A stretch of DNA of 64,000 nt from NCBI GenBank assembly GCA_037441285.1, contig JBBISL010000005.1:1-64000 (forward strand), written 5' to 3'. A model generated the notes under the pieces. That model ran no database searches. It worked only from the letters and a program-made list of their open reading frames with translations, and was not told where the DNA came from. Positions 29,995-39,420 of the stretch are shown here, in pieces (position 1 is the first letter of the stretch; each line of letters opens with the position of its first letter). Source of the stretch: a candidate division WOR-3 bacterium. GTDB taxonomy: Bacteria > Hydrothermota > Tepidihabitantia > Tepidihabitantales > Tepidihabitantaceae. The translations under genes and the position numbers were made by a program.

Positions 29995-31062
29995 ATGAGA
30001 CCAGTTGATTACAGAGGTGATAAAGTCGGAAAATGGGGCAGGGCGATTTTAATCGCCCTTGTGCTATTTTCAATGGGCTGGGCGGCTTTTTCCAAGGTAG
30101 CGACGACCGGTGCCCAGTTTTTGAAAATCAGTGTTGGTCGGGCATCGGGCATGGGCGACGCCTTTACCGCCCTAGCCGACGACGCTTCAGCGAGTTATTT
30201 TAACCCGGCGGGAATCGCTTACATCAAACGGCAGGCGCAGTTTAATCACGCCAACTGGTTTGCCGATATCAACCACGACTATCTGACGGTGGTGCTGCCG
30301 GTGACGAACTTCGGAACCGTGGCAATCTCGGCAACCGCCTTGACGATGGGTTCGATTGAGCAGACAACAGTGGATAACCCGCAGACACCGCTGCGCGAGG
30401 ATGAGGGCACCGGTTTGACAATCGGCGCCTCGGATTTGGCACTCGGTCTGTCTTATGCCCGAATCATCACCGACAAACTGTCGTTTGGTTTGACGGTTAA
30501 GGGTATCAATCAGACGATATGGGACCTGTCGGCTTCGGCGCTGGGGGTTGATGTCGGGTTGTTCTACAACACCGGGTTCAAGTCGTTGCGGCTCGGTGCG
30601 GCGGTTACCAATTACGGTAGCCAGTTGACCTATGCTGGTCCGCATCTTGACTACAACTTCTACTGGTCCGATTCCGGTCCCAGTCAGTTGCAGGGTTCTT
30701 ACAAAACAACACCGGTGCCCCTGCCGACAACATTCCGGTTCGGGGTGGCGATGGATGTTTTGAAGAACGATAACAACCGGCTGACCGCAGCCATTGACCT
30801 GGTGCACCCTTCTGATATCAACGAGACGGTCAATTTCGGACTGGAGTACGGACTCGCGGATATGCTGTTTCTGCGTGCCGGCTACATCTTCAACACCGAC
30901 CAGCAGTATATGAAGAAGCTGGGTGATTTCACCGGATTGTGTGCTGGTGCCGGTGTGAAGGGCAAGGTGGTTGAAGGGCTGGAACTGGGGCTTGACTACT
31001 CGTTCCGGTACTACAGTTATCTGAAGCCGACCCATCGTTTGATGTTGACGGTTGGCTTCTGA
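29995..31062 (+). CDS. PorV/PorQ-family (FadL-like) outer-membrane barrel
   Basis: AQFLKI..GRASGMG.AF.ALADDASA.YFNPAG; LP..FRFG; GLEY...LFLRAGY; terminal HRLMLTVGF. Confidence 0.85.
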   Translation: MRPVDYRGDKVGKWGRAILIALVLFSMGWAAFSKVATTGAQFLKISVGRASGMGDAFTALADDASASYFNPAGIAYIKRQAQFNHANWFADINHDYLTVVLPVTNFGTVAISATALTMGSIEQTTVDNPQTPLREDEGTGLTIGASDLALGLSYARIITDKLSFGLTVKGINQTIWDLSASALGVDVGLFYNTGFKSLRLGAAVTNYGSQLTYAGPHLDYNFYWSDSGPSQLQGSYKTTPVPLPTTFRFGVAMDVLKNDNNRLTAAIDLVHPSDINETVNFGLEYGLADMLFLRAGYIFNTDQQYMKKLGDFTGLCAGAGVKGKVVEGLELGLDYSFRYYSYLKPTHRLMLTVGF

Positions 31063-31071
31063 CCACAGGGA

Positions 31072-33204
31072 ATGCAGGTTAAACCAGTGGGGGGATGGTT
31101 AAATGCCATCCCCCTGCTGATTTGTTTTTCGGTGTTGTCCGCGGCACAATGGACCTTGGGGGTTTATATGGCGGCGGACAACGGAATGAGCGAGCAAGCC
31201 GCGGTTGATATCGGCGAGATGTTGCGGATTGGTTCGACCGAAGAGGTTAACATCGTTGTTCAGGTGGACAACGCGGCTCGGGATACCAATCCCAGCTGCC
31301 GGCGCTATCTGGTCCGTAAGGACACCCTAATGCTGCTTGGTGACCTCGGGGAGCGAGATATGGCAGACACCGCAACCCTTGCCGAGTTTATCGGATTTCT
31401 GGGTCAGCGGTATCCGGCGCGAAACTACTTTTTAATTATCTGGGACCACGGTGATGGCTGGCGCAAGGGTTATGGTCCGCAGCGGGCGGTGGTGATTGAT
31501 GAGTCGGATGGGCATATGATGGGCGTTGCCGGTGGTGAGTTAAAACGGGCAATCCGTTCTGGTAAGAGGAAACTGGGGAAGGATATTACCGTTATCGGAT
31601 TTGATGCCTGTCTGATGGGTACGGTTGAGGTGGCAACAGAGCTTTTGGGTTCGTGCGACTATCTTTTGGCATCAGAGGCGGTTGTTCCCTGGGAGGGGTT
31701 TCCTTACGATGCGTTTTTGAGTCGGTTGGTGGCATATCCGACCGCAACCCCAGGGGAGTTTTTGCCCGAGATGTGTGCCGATTATGTTGCTTCGTACCCG
31801 GGGGAGGATGTGTGTCTGTCCGCGGTTGATATGAAGCAGCTGGCGCGGGTTCTGGCGAGCGCCAAACGAGCGGTGGGTGATAGCCTTGCGCCCAATAGTT
31901 TAGGGTTTGAACTGGCACGCCAGGGGGTGCAGACATTTTCCGGAAATGCGATAAGTCCACCCTGTTATCAGGATGAGCAGGTTGATTTTATCCATCTCTG
32001 GCAACTGGCACCCGGAACCGGTTTGAGCGGTTTGCGCGCGGCGCTGAACCCGCTAATTGTTGCCAATGCGGTGAGCGGAAATTATAGCAATGCCCGGGGA
32101 ATTTCGGTATGGTTCCCGGCTGGTTATCTGAGATTTAAGCAAAAAATCGATGAGTATCGGGCACTGGACTTTGCCGATTCGGTGCCCTGGCTTCATTTCC
32201 TTAACAATTACTATTGCCGGGACGATGTCAAGCCGACGCGCCCGGGAATCGTCCATCATCAAACGGGTAAGCGGGGTGATGTGCGGCTCTGGTGGAAGCC
32301 GGCGTTTGACCTGAGTCCGGTGGTATATGAACTTTATCAGGCGGCAGAGCCCGAAAATGTTTTTTTGGATAGGGCGGACAGTCTTGGTAACTGGGAAAGT
32401 TCGGGCTGGACCGTTTCCAGCCGGTACTTCCGCTCACCGGGAACCGCATTCTTTTCCGGCTCAGCGTCTAACCTTGACAACAGGCTTACACTACAACAAC
32501 CGCTTAGCCTTGAGGCGGGCGGGTTGCTTTCTTTTTATGCGTTTTACTGGACCGAAGAGGCCGAGGACAGCATGGGTGATATCAGCCGCGATGTGTGTTA
32601 TGTTGAGTGGTCCAGGGATAAAAATAACTGGTATTCACTGGATTCGCTCTATGGCCAGGCGGACACCTGGCAGGAGTACCGTTATCTTCTGCCCGCGGGC
32701 GAGGTTTACCTGCGGTTTTATTACCAAACCGATGAGGGGGAGAATCGGTTAGGGGTGTTTATTGATGACATCAGAGTTGAACGGTTTGACCTTTTGCGCC
32801 GGGTGACAGTAACACCGGATACTACCGCCTATCTGTTTAACCTCGCCCGGGACACAGCCGGTTACAACTTCTTTGTTGTTGCGGTTGACTCTTTCAAGAA
32901 CCGTTCAATGGTAAGCCAGCGCTACCCGGTGCAAATTTCGGACTGGGCAGAACCGTACACAATGCCGGCGCCGTTTTCTGGTGACTGTAAACTGGTGCTG
33001 GACTTTCCCGAGGAGGAAACGCCCGATGTTTTAATCTACACCCTGTCGGGAACAGTGGTGAAAAAATTTGCCCGGGTTTCAAGTAGGATAATCGAATGGG
33101 ATGGCAAAAATGAGGAGCGCCAGGACCTGGCGGCCGGCGTTTATCTTGTTGTTGTTCAGGGTAAAAGGTTTAAGAAAATAGGGAAAATTGCCCGGGTAGA
33201 GTGA
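31072..33204 (+). CDS. clostripain-family (C11) cysteine peptidase with FlgD-Ig/T9SS-like CTD
   Basis: WT..VYMAADN, WDHG.GW (catalytic His), GFDACLMG (catalytic Cys), ASE; C-terminal WDGKNE...LAAGVY. Confidence 0.88.
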   Translation: MQVKPVGGWLNAIPLLICFSVLSAAQWTLGVYMAADNGMSEQAAVDIGEMLRIGSTEEVNIVVQVDNAARDTNPSCRRYLVRKDTLMLLGDLGERDMADTATLAEFIGFLGQRYPARNYFLIIWDHGDGWRKGYGPQRAVVIDESDGHMMGVAGGELKRAIRSGKRKLGKDITVIGFDACLMGTVEVATELLGSCDYLLASEAVVPWEGFPYDAFLSRLVAYPTATPGEFLPEMCADYVASYPGEDVCLSAVDMKQLARVLASAKRAVGDSLAPNSLGFELARQGVQTFSGNAISPPCYQDEQVDFIHLWQLAPGTGLSGLRAALNPLIVANAVSGNYSNARGISVWFPAGYLRFKQKIDEYRALDFADSVPWLHFLNNYYCRDDVKPTRPGIVHHQTGKRGDVRLWWKPAFDLSPVVYELYQAAEPENVFLDRADSLGNWESSGWTVSSRYFRSPGTAFFSGSASNLDNRLTLQQPLSLEAGGLLSFYAFYWTEEAEDSMGDISRDVCYVEWSRDKNNWYSLDSLYGQADTWQEYRYLLPAGEVYLRFYYQTDEGENRLGVFIDDIRVERFDLLRRVTVTPDTTAYLFNLARDTAGYNFFVVAVDSFKNRSMVSQRYPVQISDWAEPYTMPAPFSGDCKLVLDFPEEETPDVLIYTLSGTVVKKFARVSSRIIEWDGKNEERQDLAAGVYLVVVQGKRFKKIGKIARVE

Positions 33205-33206
33205 TT

Positions 33207-35963
33207 TTACTCCATAACCACAACCTTTTTTCGCACCGTCCCGGAGGCGGATTTCACCTCAATAAAGTAAACACCGTTCCCGAGTCCGTTCGTTGTAAAC
33301 GTAATAGAGTGAACACCAGCCATTACCCTTTTTCTGGTGAGCAGGTTTTTGACCAATCGACCATCAATTGAGTAAATGTCGGCGGTGATTTCGTCTTCTA
33401 TTGGGGTTGCAAAATGTAATACACCCTGGGTTTTCAGGGGGTTGGGTTTAATGGCAATTTCCCGGGGCAAAGTGGCACCGGCTTTTTCCTGGGCACCAAT
33501 GGGTTCAAGATAAAAGGCACCAAGCGCCTTGTCGGTTGCGAGCGGAGGGTAGTAGCCCCAAAAAGTCAAAAGAAACTGGGTTTCTGTTTCCCCTTGTGGC
33601 CCGCGACAGATATTAGAGTTAATCCGCCACTGTTCGTTAGAGATTAAGCGCAAACCCTGAGTGTCAATGACCACGCCGGCGGTTGTTACCCGCGCACCGT
33701 AGATGGCACTGACACCTGATTCCCGATAGTCTTCCCAAACCACCAGATATTTACCAGCGCCATAGGCAAGGCGCGGATAGGTTTTACTGTCATTGGTGAG
33801 CGAAATCGGTCGAGGCAAGGGGTCAAGTACCATGCCATCCTCTCTTACCATTTTGCCGTAGATATCAAATATTCCGTTCGCATCGGCACGCTGGTAAACA
33901 ACAAAGTAGTTGGTACCATCAAAGGCAACATCGGGAAACATTTTTTCATATCCACTTGCAGTGTCAATCGGTATTCCATCGGGGTCGATTAGTTCGCCGG
34001 CGCGCGTTACCCTTGCTCCATAGATGTGGTCATAACTCCCGTCGTACTGCATGCGCGTAATAAAGTAATGGTCGGTTCCTGCGACAACTCTCGGGTAACC
34101 CACTCCCAACTCAGTTCGGGCAATTTCAATGTTGTCCAGGACGCGGCCTTCCGGAGTGACGCGCGCCGCATAAACTGAATACTGTGCGTTACTATTGTCG
34201 TAAGCCATCCAGGAAATAAGATAGTACGGGTCGTTAAATGTCACCGCCGGGTAGAAGTCGTCAATGCCGCTGTTCTGTGAAACCTGGATTCCGGTTGAAT
34301 CTAAGAGTACCCCCTGGCGCGTGACCCGGGCAGCAAAGATGTCAGCTTCCCCATTGCGAAAGTCGGTCCACACGACAAGGAAGTTCTCGCCGTCAAAGTC
34401 CGCCACCGGTTTTTCAGATGTATTGCCGCCCGAGGAGATGAAAATGGCGCCTGAGTCAAGAATCTGACCCGTGGGTGTCAATCTCGTCCCGTAAATGGCG
34501 CCCTCCGGTTCCCGAAAGTCCTCCCACACCACGAGGTAGTTTGACCCGTCAAAGGCGGCTTGCGGATAGGTCTGAGGGATGCTTCTTAGTCCCCGGGATG
34601 TCAATATGCCGTCCGGGTCTAAGATTGTGCCATCGGTGGCGACGCGGGTGGTCAGGATATCGGAGTCCATTTCACCATAAATTGAGTAAGATACGAAATA
34701 GCGGTTTTGGCCGAAGGTCGTTGCGGGAGGCGAAAATGAGAAGTTGGAGTTAACCATAAAACCGCCCGTGTCAATCACCACACCTTCCCGGGTAATGCGC
34801 ATTCCATAAACGCCATCAGCCCAGAGATAGGTGATAAAATGGTTTGTTCCGTCCGATGTAATGTCAGGAAAGGAGATGTCCATTTCGCCCAGCGGGATAC
34901 CACTGGAGTCGAGCGGGTTTGCGGAGGTTGATATCCGGGAACCAAAAAGACGGTATGATTCAAGGGCTTCGCGGTCATCCATCCATACAGCAAAGTAGTT
35001 GGCACCATCAAATATCAATCGGGGGAGGAGCTGACTGTTGACTTCCCGAATGATTGGTTTGCCATTGGTGTCGATTACCACACCGCCGGGCCGGACGCGA
35101 GACCCATAAATATTAAAGTACTCATTACCTTCGTCTCGACCATCAGACCAGAGAATAAGGTAATTATTACCATCGTAGGCGATACTGCGAAAGACAAACT
35201 GGTCATAGGAGGTGGTGCAGATGGGAATGCCGGATGGTTCTAACACAACACCGGCGGGAGTAACCCGGGCACCATAGACATCGTAGGAAGAATCGCCGTC
35301 CCGTTCATCGCTCCATGCGATAAAGTAGTTGGTACCGTCAAAGGCGATTGATGGGTAAAGATGGTCACCACCCGAAGAAATCGGTATACCTTCGGGGTCA
35401 AGAACCACGCCGGTTGAGGAAACCCGGGCACCGTAAATGTCAAACAGCGCATCGTTGTCGCGGTCATCCATCCATACGACAAGGTAGTTATTGCCATCAA
35501 AGGCGATTGATGGCAATACCCGGTTTCCTTCGCCGGTGGCGATGGTTATCGGGAATGTATCAAGGAGTGTACCTTCTGCCGTGATGCGGGCGCCGCAAAT
35601 TTGGGCATATTGATTGCGCCAATCGGTCCAGACGACAAAAAACTGCGTGCCATTGAAGGCAATTGCGGGGGAATCCTGGTCGCCTGGTGCCGCTCCAAGA
35701 AAAGAGGTAGTATCAAAGGCGAACTCTTCAAGAAATGAAGTGTTCAACCCGGTAATGCCGATTTGGGAGCGGCGGTCTCTAAAATCAAAGAGGTTTCTAC
35801 GAGCATTTTTATTGTTTTGTTTTAGGTTGCTAAACATGAAGAATTGCTGTTCGTGCCGGCGATTTTGCGGTCGCGGCATTTGTCGCTTTACCATGAAAAA
35901 ATTTGTTTGGGGTAAGGTAAATTGACTCAGGCAAATCAGGAGATTTGTGATTAAAAAATGCAT
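33207..35963 (-). CDS. T9SS-type secreted protein with 13-14 tandem ~57-aa repeats (probable double beta-propeller)
   Basis: Repeat P..AFDG.NY(L/F)VVW.D.R....IYG.RV...G.VLD..GI; CTD PNP...LGNGVYF...KKVVVME. SD AGGAGG; promoter TTGACA (36012-36007), 16 bp, TAAAAT. Confidence 0.85.
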   Translation of the reverse strand: MHFLITNLLICLSQFTLPQTNFFMVKRQMPRPQNRRHEQQFFMFSNLKQNNKNARRNLFDFRDRRSQIGITGLNTSFLEEFAFDTTSFLGAAPGDQDSPAIAFNGTQFFVVWTDWRNQYAQICGARITAEGTLLDTFPITIATGEGNRVLPSIAFDGNNYLVVWMDDRDNDALFDIYGARVSSTGVVLDPEGIPISSGGDHLYPSIAFDGTNYFIAWSDERDGDSSYDVYGARVTPAGVVLEPSGIPICTTSYDQFVFRSIAYDGNNYLILWSDGRDEGNEYFNIYGSRVRPGGVVIDTNGKPIIREVNSQLLPRLIFDGANYFAVWMDDREALESYRLFGSRISTSANPLDSSGIPLGEMDISFPDITSDGTNHFITYLWADGVYGMRITREGVVIDTGGFMVNSNFSFSPPATTFGQNRYFVSYSIYGEMDSDILTTRVATDGTILDPDGILTSRGLRSIPQTYPQAAFDGSNYLVVWEDFREPEGAIYGTRLTPTGQILDSGAIFISSGGNTSEKPVADFDGENFLVVWTDFRNGEADIFAARVTRQGVLLDSTGIQVSQNSGIDDFYPAVTFNDPYYLISWMAYDNSNAQYSVYAARVTPEGRVLDNIEIARTELGVGYPRVVAGTDHYFITRMQYDGSYDHIYGARVTRAGELIDPDGIPIDTASGYEKMFPDVAFDGTNYFVVYQRADANGIFDIYGKMVREDGMVLDPLPRPISLTNDSKTYPRLAYGAGKYLVVWEDYRESGVSAIYGARVTTAGVVIDTQGLRLISNEQWRINSNICRGPQGETETQFLLTFWGYYPPLATDKALGAFYLEPIGAQEKAGATLPREIAIKPNPLKTQGVLHFATPIEDEITADIYSIDGRLVKNLLTRKRVMAGVHSITFTTNGLGNGVYFIEVKSASGTVRKKVVVME

Positions 35964-36202
35964 TTTACCTCCTTCTTGTAGGATATTTTAGCAAAAGCGT
36001 TTTATCTGTCAATAAAGTTGCCAACAGGTTCTGGTTTCAGGTTTAGAAAGGGCGTCTTGAAAAGAGGCAGGGCATTTTGTCGGGCGGCATGCGGCGCAAT
36101 TTTAGGGATTAGAAAAACTTGACAAAAGCGGGAAATCTGGCAAAATAAATAAAGGAGGGAATCGGGGTTTTTATGGTATTAGAATTAAGAAAGGAGGTTA
36201 GG

Positions 36203-37579
36203 ATGCGTTGTTTGTTTGTATTAGCCGGGGTAAGCATACTTTTGTTTGCCGGTACCCAAACATCCCAGCCTTCGGCTGAGGTTGTAACCAAAGACGGTGT
36301 GCCGATGTACATCAATTATCAGGGTTACCTTACCGATGCCAATGGTACTCCCATCAACAACACGAGTCCGGGTCTGGCGATGGCGTTTGAGATTTACGAT
36401 GCCGAAAGCGGTGGTCTGCGGCTTTTTGGTCCCCAGTTGCAAACCGTGCCGGTGCGTCAGGGTGTGTTCAATGTTAAATTACTGCTGAGCGAAGGCGACA
36501 CGACCATTTTCCGAGCCGGGGAGCGGCGCTGGTTGCAGTTGACAATCAGCGGACAGGTTATGACGCCCCGCACTGAGATTACTTCTATGGCATATGGGAT
36601 TCATTCGGCAAAGGCGGACAACGCCGATATGCTTGACAATAAACACCACACCGATTTTATCTGGAATGGTACCACGATGCAGGCGCCTGCTAATTTTTAC
36701 ATCAGCGGTGCCGGTATAAGCAACGGGATTTTTGCTGCGTACGGAGTGGGAGTTAGCGGCAATCATACGCCGACGATTTATGGCAGGAGTGAAAAGGACA
36801 GCAGTTTCGGCGTTTATGGAACTAACATTAGCACTCGAGGCACCGGCGTTGCTGGTTGCGGCAATTACGACACCCTGTTTTATTTGACCGCGGGTTCGGG
36901 CGGTACATTTTCCGCCCGGCGGTTTGGTCTTTTTGCCTATGCGCACGACACCAATGGTACCGGTATTGCAACTATGGGTAACAGAATCAGTGATACCGTT
37001 TATACTCTTGCCCAGGGCTGTGGTGGTGCGTTCAACGGTACCACGGTCGGTGTTTACGGTCTGGCACGGAATTTGAACGGTAATCGCGCCGGCGGATATT
37101 TCCGGACATTTGGTACGACCGATTCGACCTATGCCTATGTTGCCTATCGCTACAACGGGCAGAACTACAAAATCCTGGGTGATGGCCAGGTCTCAACGAT
37201 AATGGCAACCCGGGAAGGGAAGAGGATTCTGTTTGCACCCGAGGCACCTCAGCCCTTCTTTGAGGATTTTGGCGAAGCCCGGCTTGTCAATGGTCATTGC
37301 CGGGTGAACCTGGACCCGCTGTTTTTGGACTGTGTTGCCGTGGATGCAAGTGCACCGTTGCGGGTTTTTGTGACCCTAACCGACGACTGCAATGGTGTAT
37401 ATGTCAAAACTGACCAGACCGGATTTGATGTGTACGAGTTAAAAGGCGGGCGTTCCAATGCCGGGTTTTACTGGCGGGTGATTGCGACAAGGAAGGACGG
37501 TAAGGATGTCCGGTTACCGGTAGCCCCACCGCCGGCTTCCGAGATTGGTATTCCAATAAGAATGCAGCCCAGCCGGTAA
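36203..37579 (+). CDS. secreted fibre-like protein (YQG..TD..G N-domain, Gly-rich repeats, phage-tail-like C-domain)
   Basis: ATG 36203 follows SD AGGAGG; signal peptide; INYQGYLTDANG...GVFNV.L...PRT.I.S.AY; G(V/I)YG repeats; PE.P..FFEDFGEARLVNG. Confidence 0.7.
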   Translation: MRCLFVLAGVSILLFAGTQTSQPSAEVVTKDGVPMYINYQGYLTDANGTPINNTSPGLAMAFEIYDAESGGLRLFGPQLQTVPVRQGVFNVKLLLSEGDTTIFRAGERRWLQLTISGQVMTPRTEITSMAYGIHSAKADNADMLDNKHHTDFIWNGTTMQAPANFYISGAGISNGIFAAYGVGVSGNHTPTIYGRSEKDSSFGVYGTNISTRGTGVAGCGNYDTLFYLTAGSGGTFSARRFGLFAYAHDTNGTGIATMGNRISDTVYTLAQGCGGAFNGTTVGVYGLARNLNGNRAGGYFRTFGTTDSTYAYVAYRYNGQNYKILGDGQVSTIMATREGKRILFAPEAPQPFFEDFGEARLVNGHCRVNLDPLFLDCVAVDASAPLRVFVTLTDDCNGVYVKTDQTGFDVYELKGGRSNAGFYWRVIATRKDGKDVRLPVAPPPASEIGIPIRMQPSR

Positions 37580-37605
37580 AATTCCGGCCGGAAACGGAGG
37601 CGAAT

Positions 37606-39420
37606 ATGAGGCGGCTTTTTTTAGCGGGCGCGTTTGGACTATCAATTTTGCTCGGCACCGTCGTGATGGCGCAGAGTTATCGGCTACCGGAATGGGTGAT
37701 TGATGAAGGCGGGGTGGAGGCAAGAAGTAGCGGTTATATACTTAACGGCAGTTTTCATCAGACGACAATCGGATATGCGACCGGCGGTAACTTTATCGCC
37801 TGGATTGGTTTCTGGCATCCCAGACCACAATGGGTCGGCGAACACGATGTTGCGGCGGTGCGGATTGTGGCACCGGTGGGCAGGGTTGATACGATGAACG
37901 ATGTTACCCCGAAGGCGGAACTGGCGAACTACGGCACCGAGGCGGAAAATTTTACCGCGATATTTAAGATTTACATCGCCGGGGGTGTGATTCCGGTCTA
38001 TCAGAATTTTAAACTGGTTCATCTTGAGCCCGGTGAGTCGCGAATCGAACAGTTTGTTTCCACACGGTTGCATGGCCTTGGTCCCAACATCGCCCGCTGT
38101 TCGGTGGCACTGGCAAACGATGCCCATCGGGAAAACGACACCGTTTCGTCTGTATTTAAGGTTCTGGGCCGACCCGCATTACCCGAAGGTTGGTCTGAAG
38201 TGGAACAGATTCCGGCACCGCCGAGCGGGCGAGGTGTTAAAGATGGCGGATGGATTGCCGCGGATGAGGAAACGGGTGTGATGTATGTTTCAAAAGGGAA
38301 CAAGGTGGCGGATTTTTATCTTTACGACCCGAACGCTTCTCCGGTATGGCGCGAACTTGACCCCTGGCCCAAGGGCAGTGAGGGCAAGAATCCCGGAAGG
38401 GGTTCGGTGGGTTATGTCGCGAGCGATGGTTGTGTTTATGCGACAAAAGGCAACAATACGCTTGGATTCTGGCGTTACAGTGCTTTGCTCGGCTGGGAGG
38501 CTTTGCCCAATGTGCCTTATGGTCCGAGCCATCGAAAGGTCAAAGATGGCTGTGATATGGTGTTTGTCGAAAGGGATGGACTTCCTTACATTTATCTCCT
38601 GAAAGGGACCCGTAACGAGTTTTATCGATACAACATTATCAGCGGTGTCTGGGAGGAGCTGGCACCGGCGCCCGGAACATCGAAATGGTACCGCGGTTCC
38701 TGGCTGGTTTACGACGGGGAAAATACGATTTACGCCCACAAGGCAAAGTATCATGAGTTTTATGCGTATGATATCGCGGCGGGCGAGTGGCGGCAAACAC
38801 CATTGGTGCCAATGCCAATCGCAAGCGAGCGGATGTTGACCCGGAAACGGGCAAAGGATGGCAGTTGCGGCACCTGGGCGTTTGGTTCAATCTTTGCCTT
38901 GAAAGGCGGCAACACCTGTGAGTTCTGGCGGTATATTCCGGATGGCGATTCCTGGGTGGAGATGGACACAATCCCTTCGGTAGGTTCTTCTGGTTCTAAG
39001 AAGCGAGTGCGCAATGGTGGTGACATTGCGTTTTCCAGTGGGGAGGTTCTCTATGCGCTTAAAGGTAACAAGACGCTGGAGTTGTGGCGGTTTGTACCCG
39101 GTGCAGAGATTGTCAATCCCGCACCACCGCAGCGGTCAGCCGTGATGGCGGAAGGAGTCAATTTATCGTCGGTGCCGGGTCTTCAGGTAATCAATTCGGT
39201 GGGGCGAGAGCAGGTCCAGGTGCGATACCAGCTGGGTGGCGCGGGGCAGGGTAGTTTGGAACTGATGGACATTACCGGCCGGGTGATTGCGACGCAGAAA
39301 ATTGTGGGTCAGGAAGGCAGTATCGTGCTGGGTGGGCACGGGATGAAGTCGGGAGTGTACTTTGTCCGGCTTCAGACCGAGACCCGCACCCTTGTACAGA
39401 AGGTGGTTTTCGCCCCTTAG
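37606..39420 (+). CDS. T9SS-type secreted protein: short N-domain, CARDB, Kelch-like propeller, CTD
   Basis: Signal peptide; VID.GG...S.GY.L.G...Q..IG....GFW; KGGNTCEFW; DITGR...SGVYFV...QKVVF. Confidence 0.82.
   Translation: MRRLFLAGAFGLSILLGTVVMAQSYRLPEWVIDEGGVEARSSGYILNGSFHQTTIGYATGGNFIAWIGFWHPRPQWVGEHDVAAVRIVAPVGRVDTMNDVTPKAELANYGTEAENFTAIFKIYIAGGVIPVYQNFKLVHLEPGESRIEQFVSTRLHGLGPNIARCSVALANDAHRENDTVSSVFKVLGRPALPEGWSEVEQIPAPPSGRGVKDGGWIAADEETGVMYVSKGNKVADFYLYDPNASPVWRELDPWPKGSEGKNPGRGSVGYVASDGCVYATKGNNTLGFWRYSALLGWEALPNVPYGPSHRKVKDGCDMVFVERDGLPYIYLLKGTRNEFYRYNIISGVWEELAPAPGTSKWYRGSWLVYDGENTIYAHKAKYHEFYAYDIAAGEWRQTPLVPMPIASERMLTRKRAKDGSCGTWAFGSIFALKGGNTCEFWRYIPDGDSWVEMDTIPSVGSSGSKKRVRNGGDIAFSSGEVLYALKGNKTLELWRFVPGAEIVNPAPPQRSAVMAEGVNLSSVPGLQVINSVGREQVQVRYQLGGAGQGSLELMDITGRVIATQKIVGQEGSIVLGGHGMKSGVYFVRLQTETRTLVQKVVFAP

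Noticed and set aside
36203..37579. Prophage, suggested by the tail-fibre-like gene
   Set aside because: The protein has a Sec signal peptide and no phage structural, integrase or replication genes are nearby.
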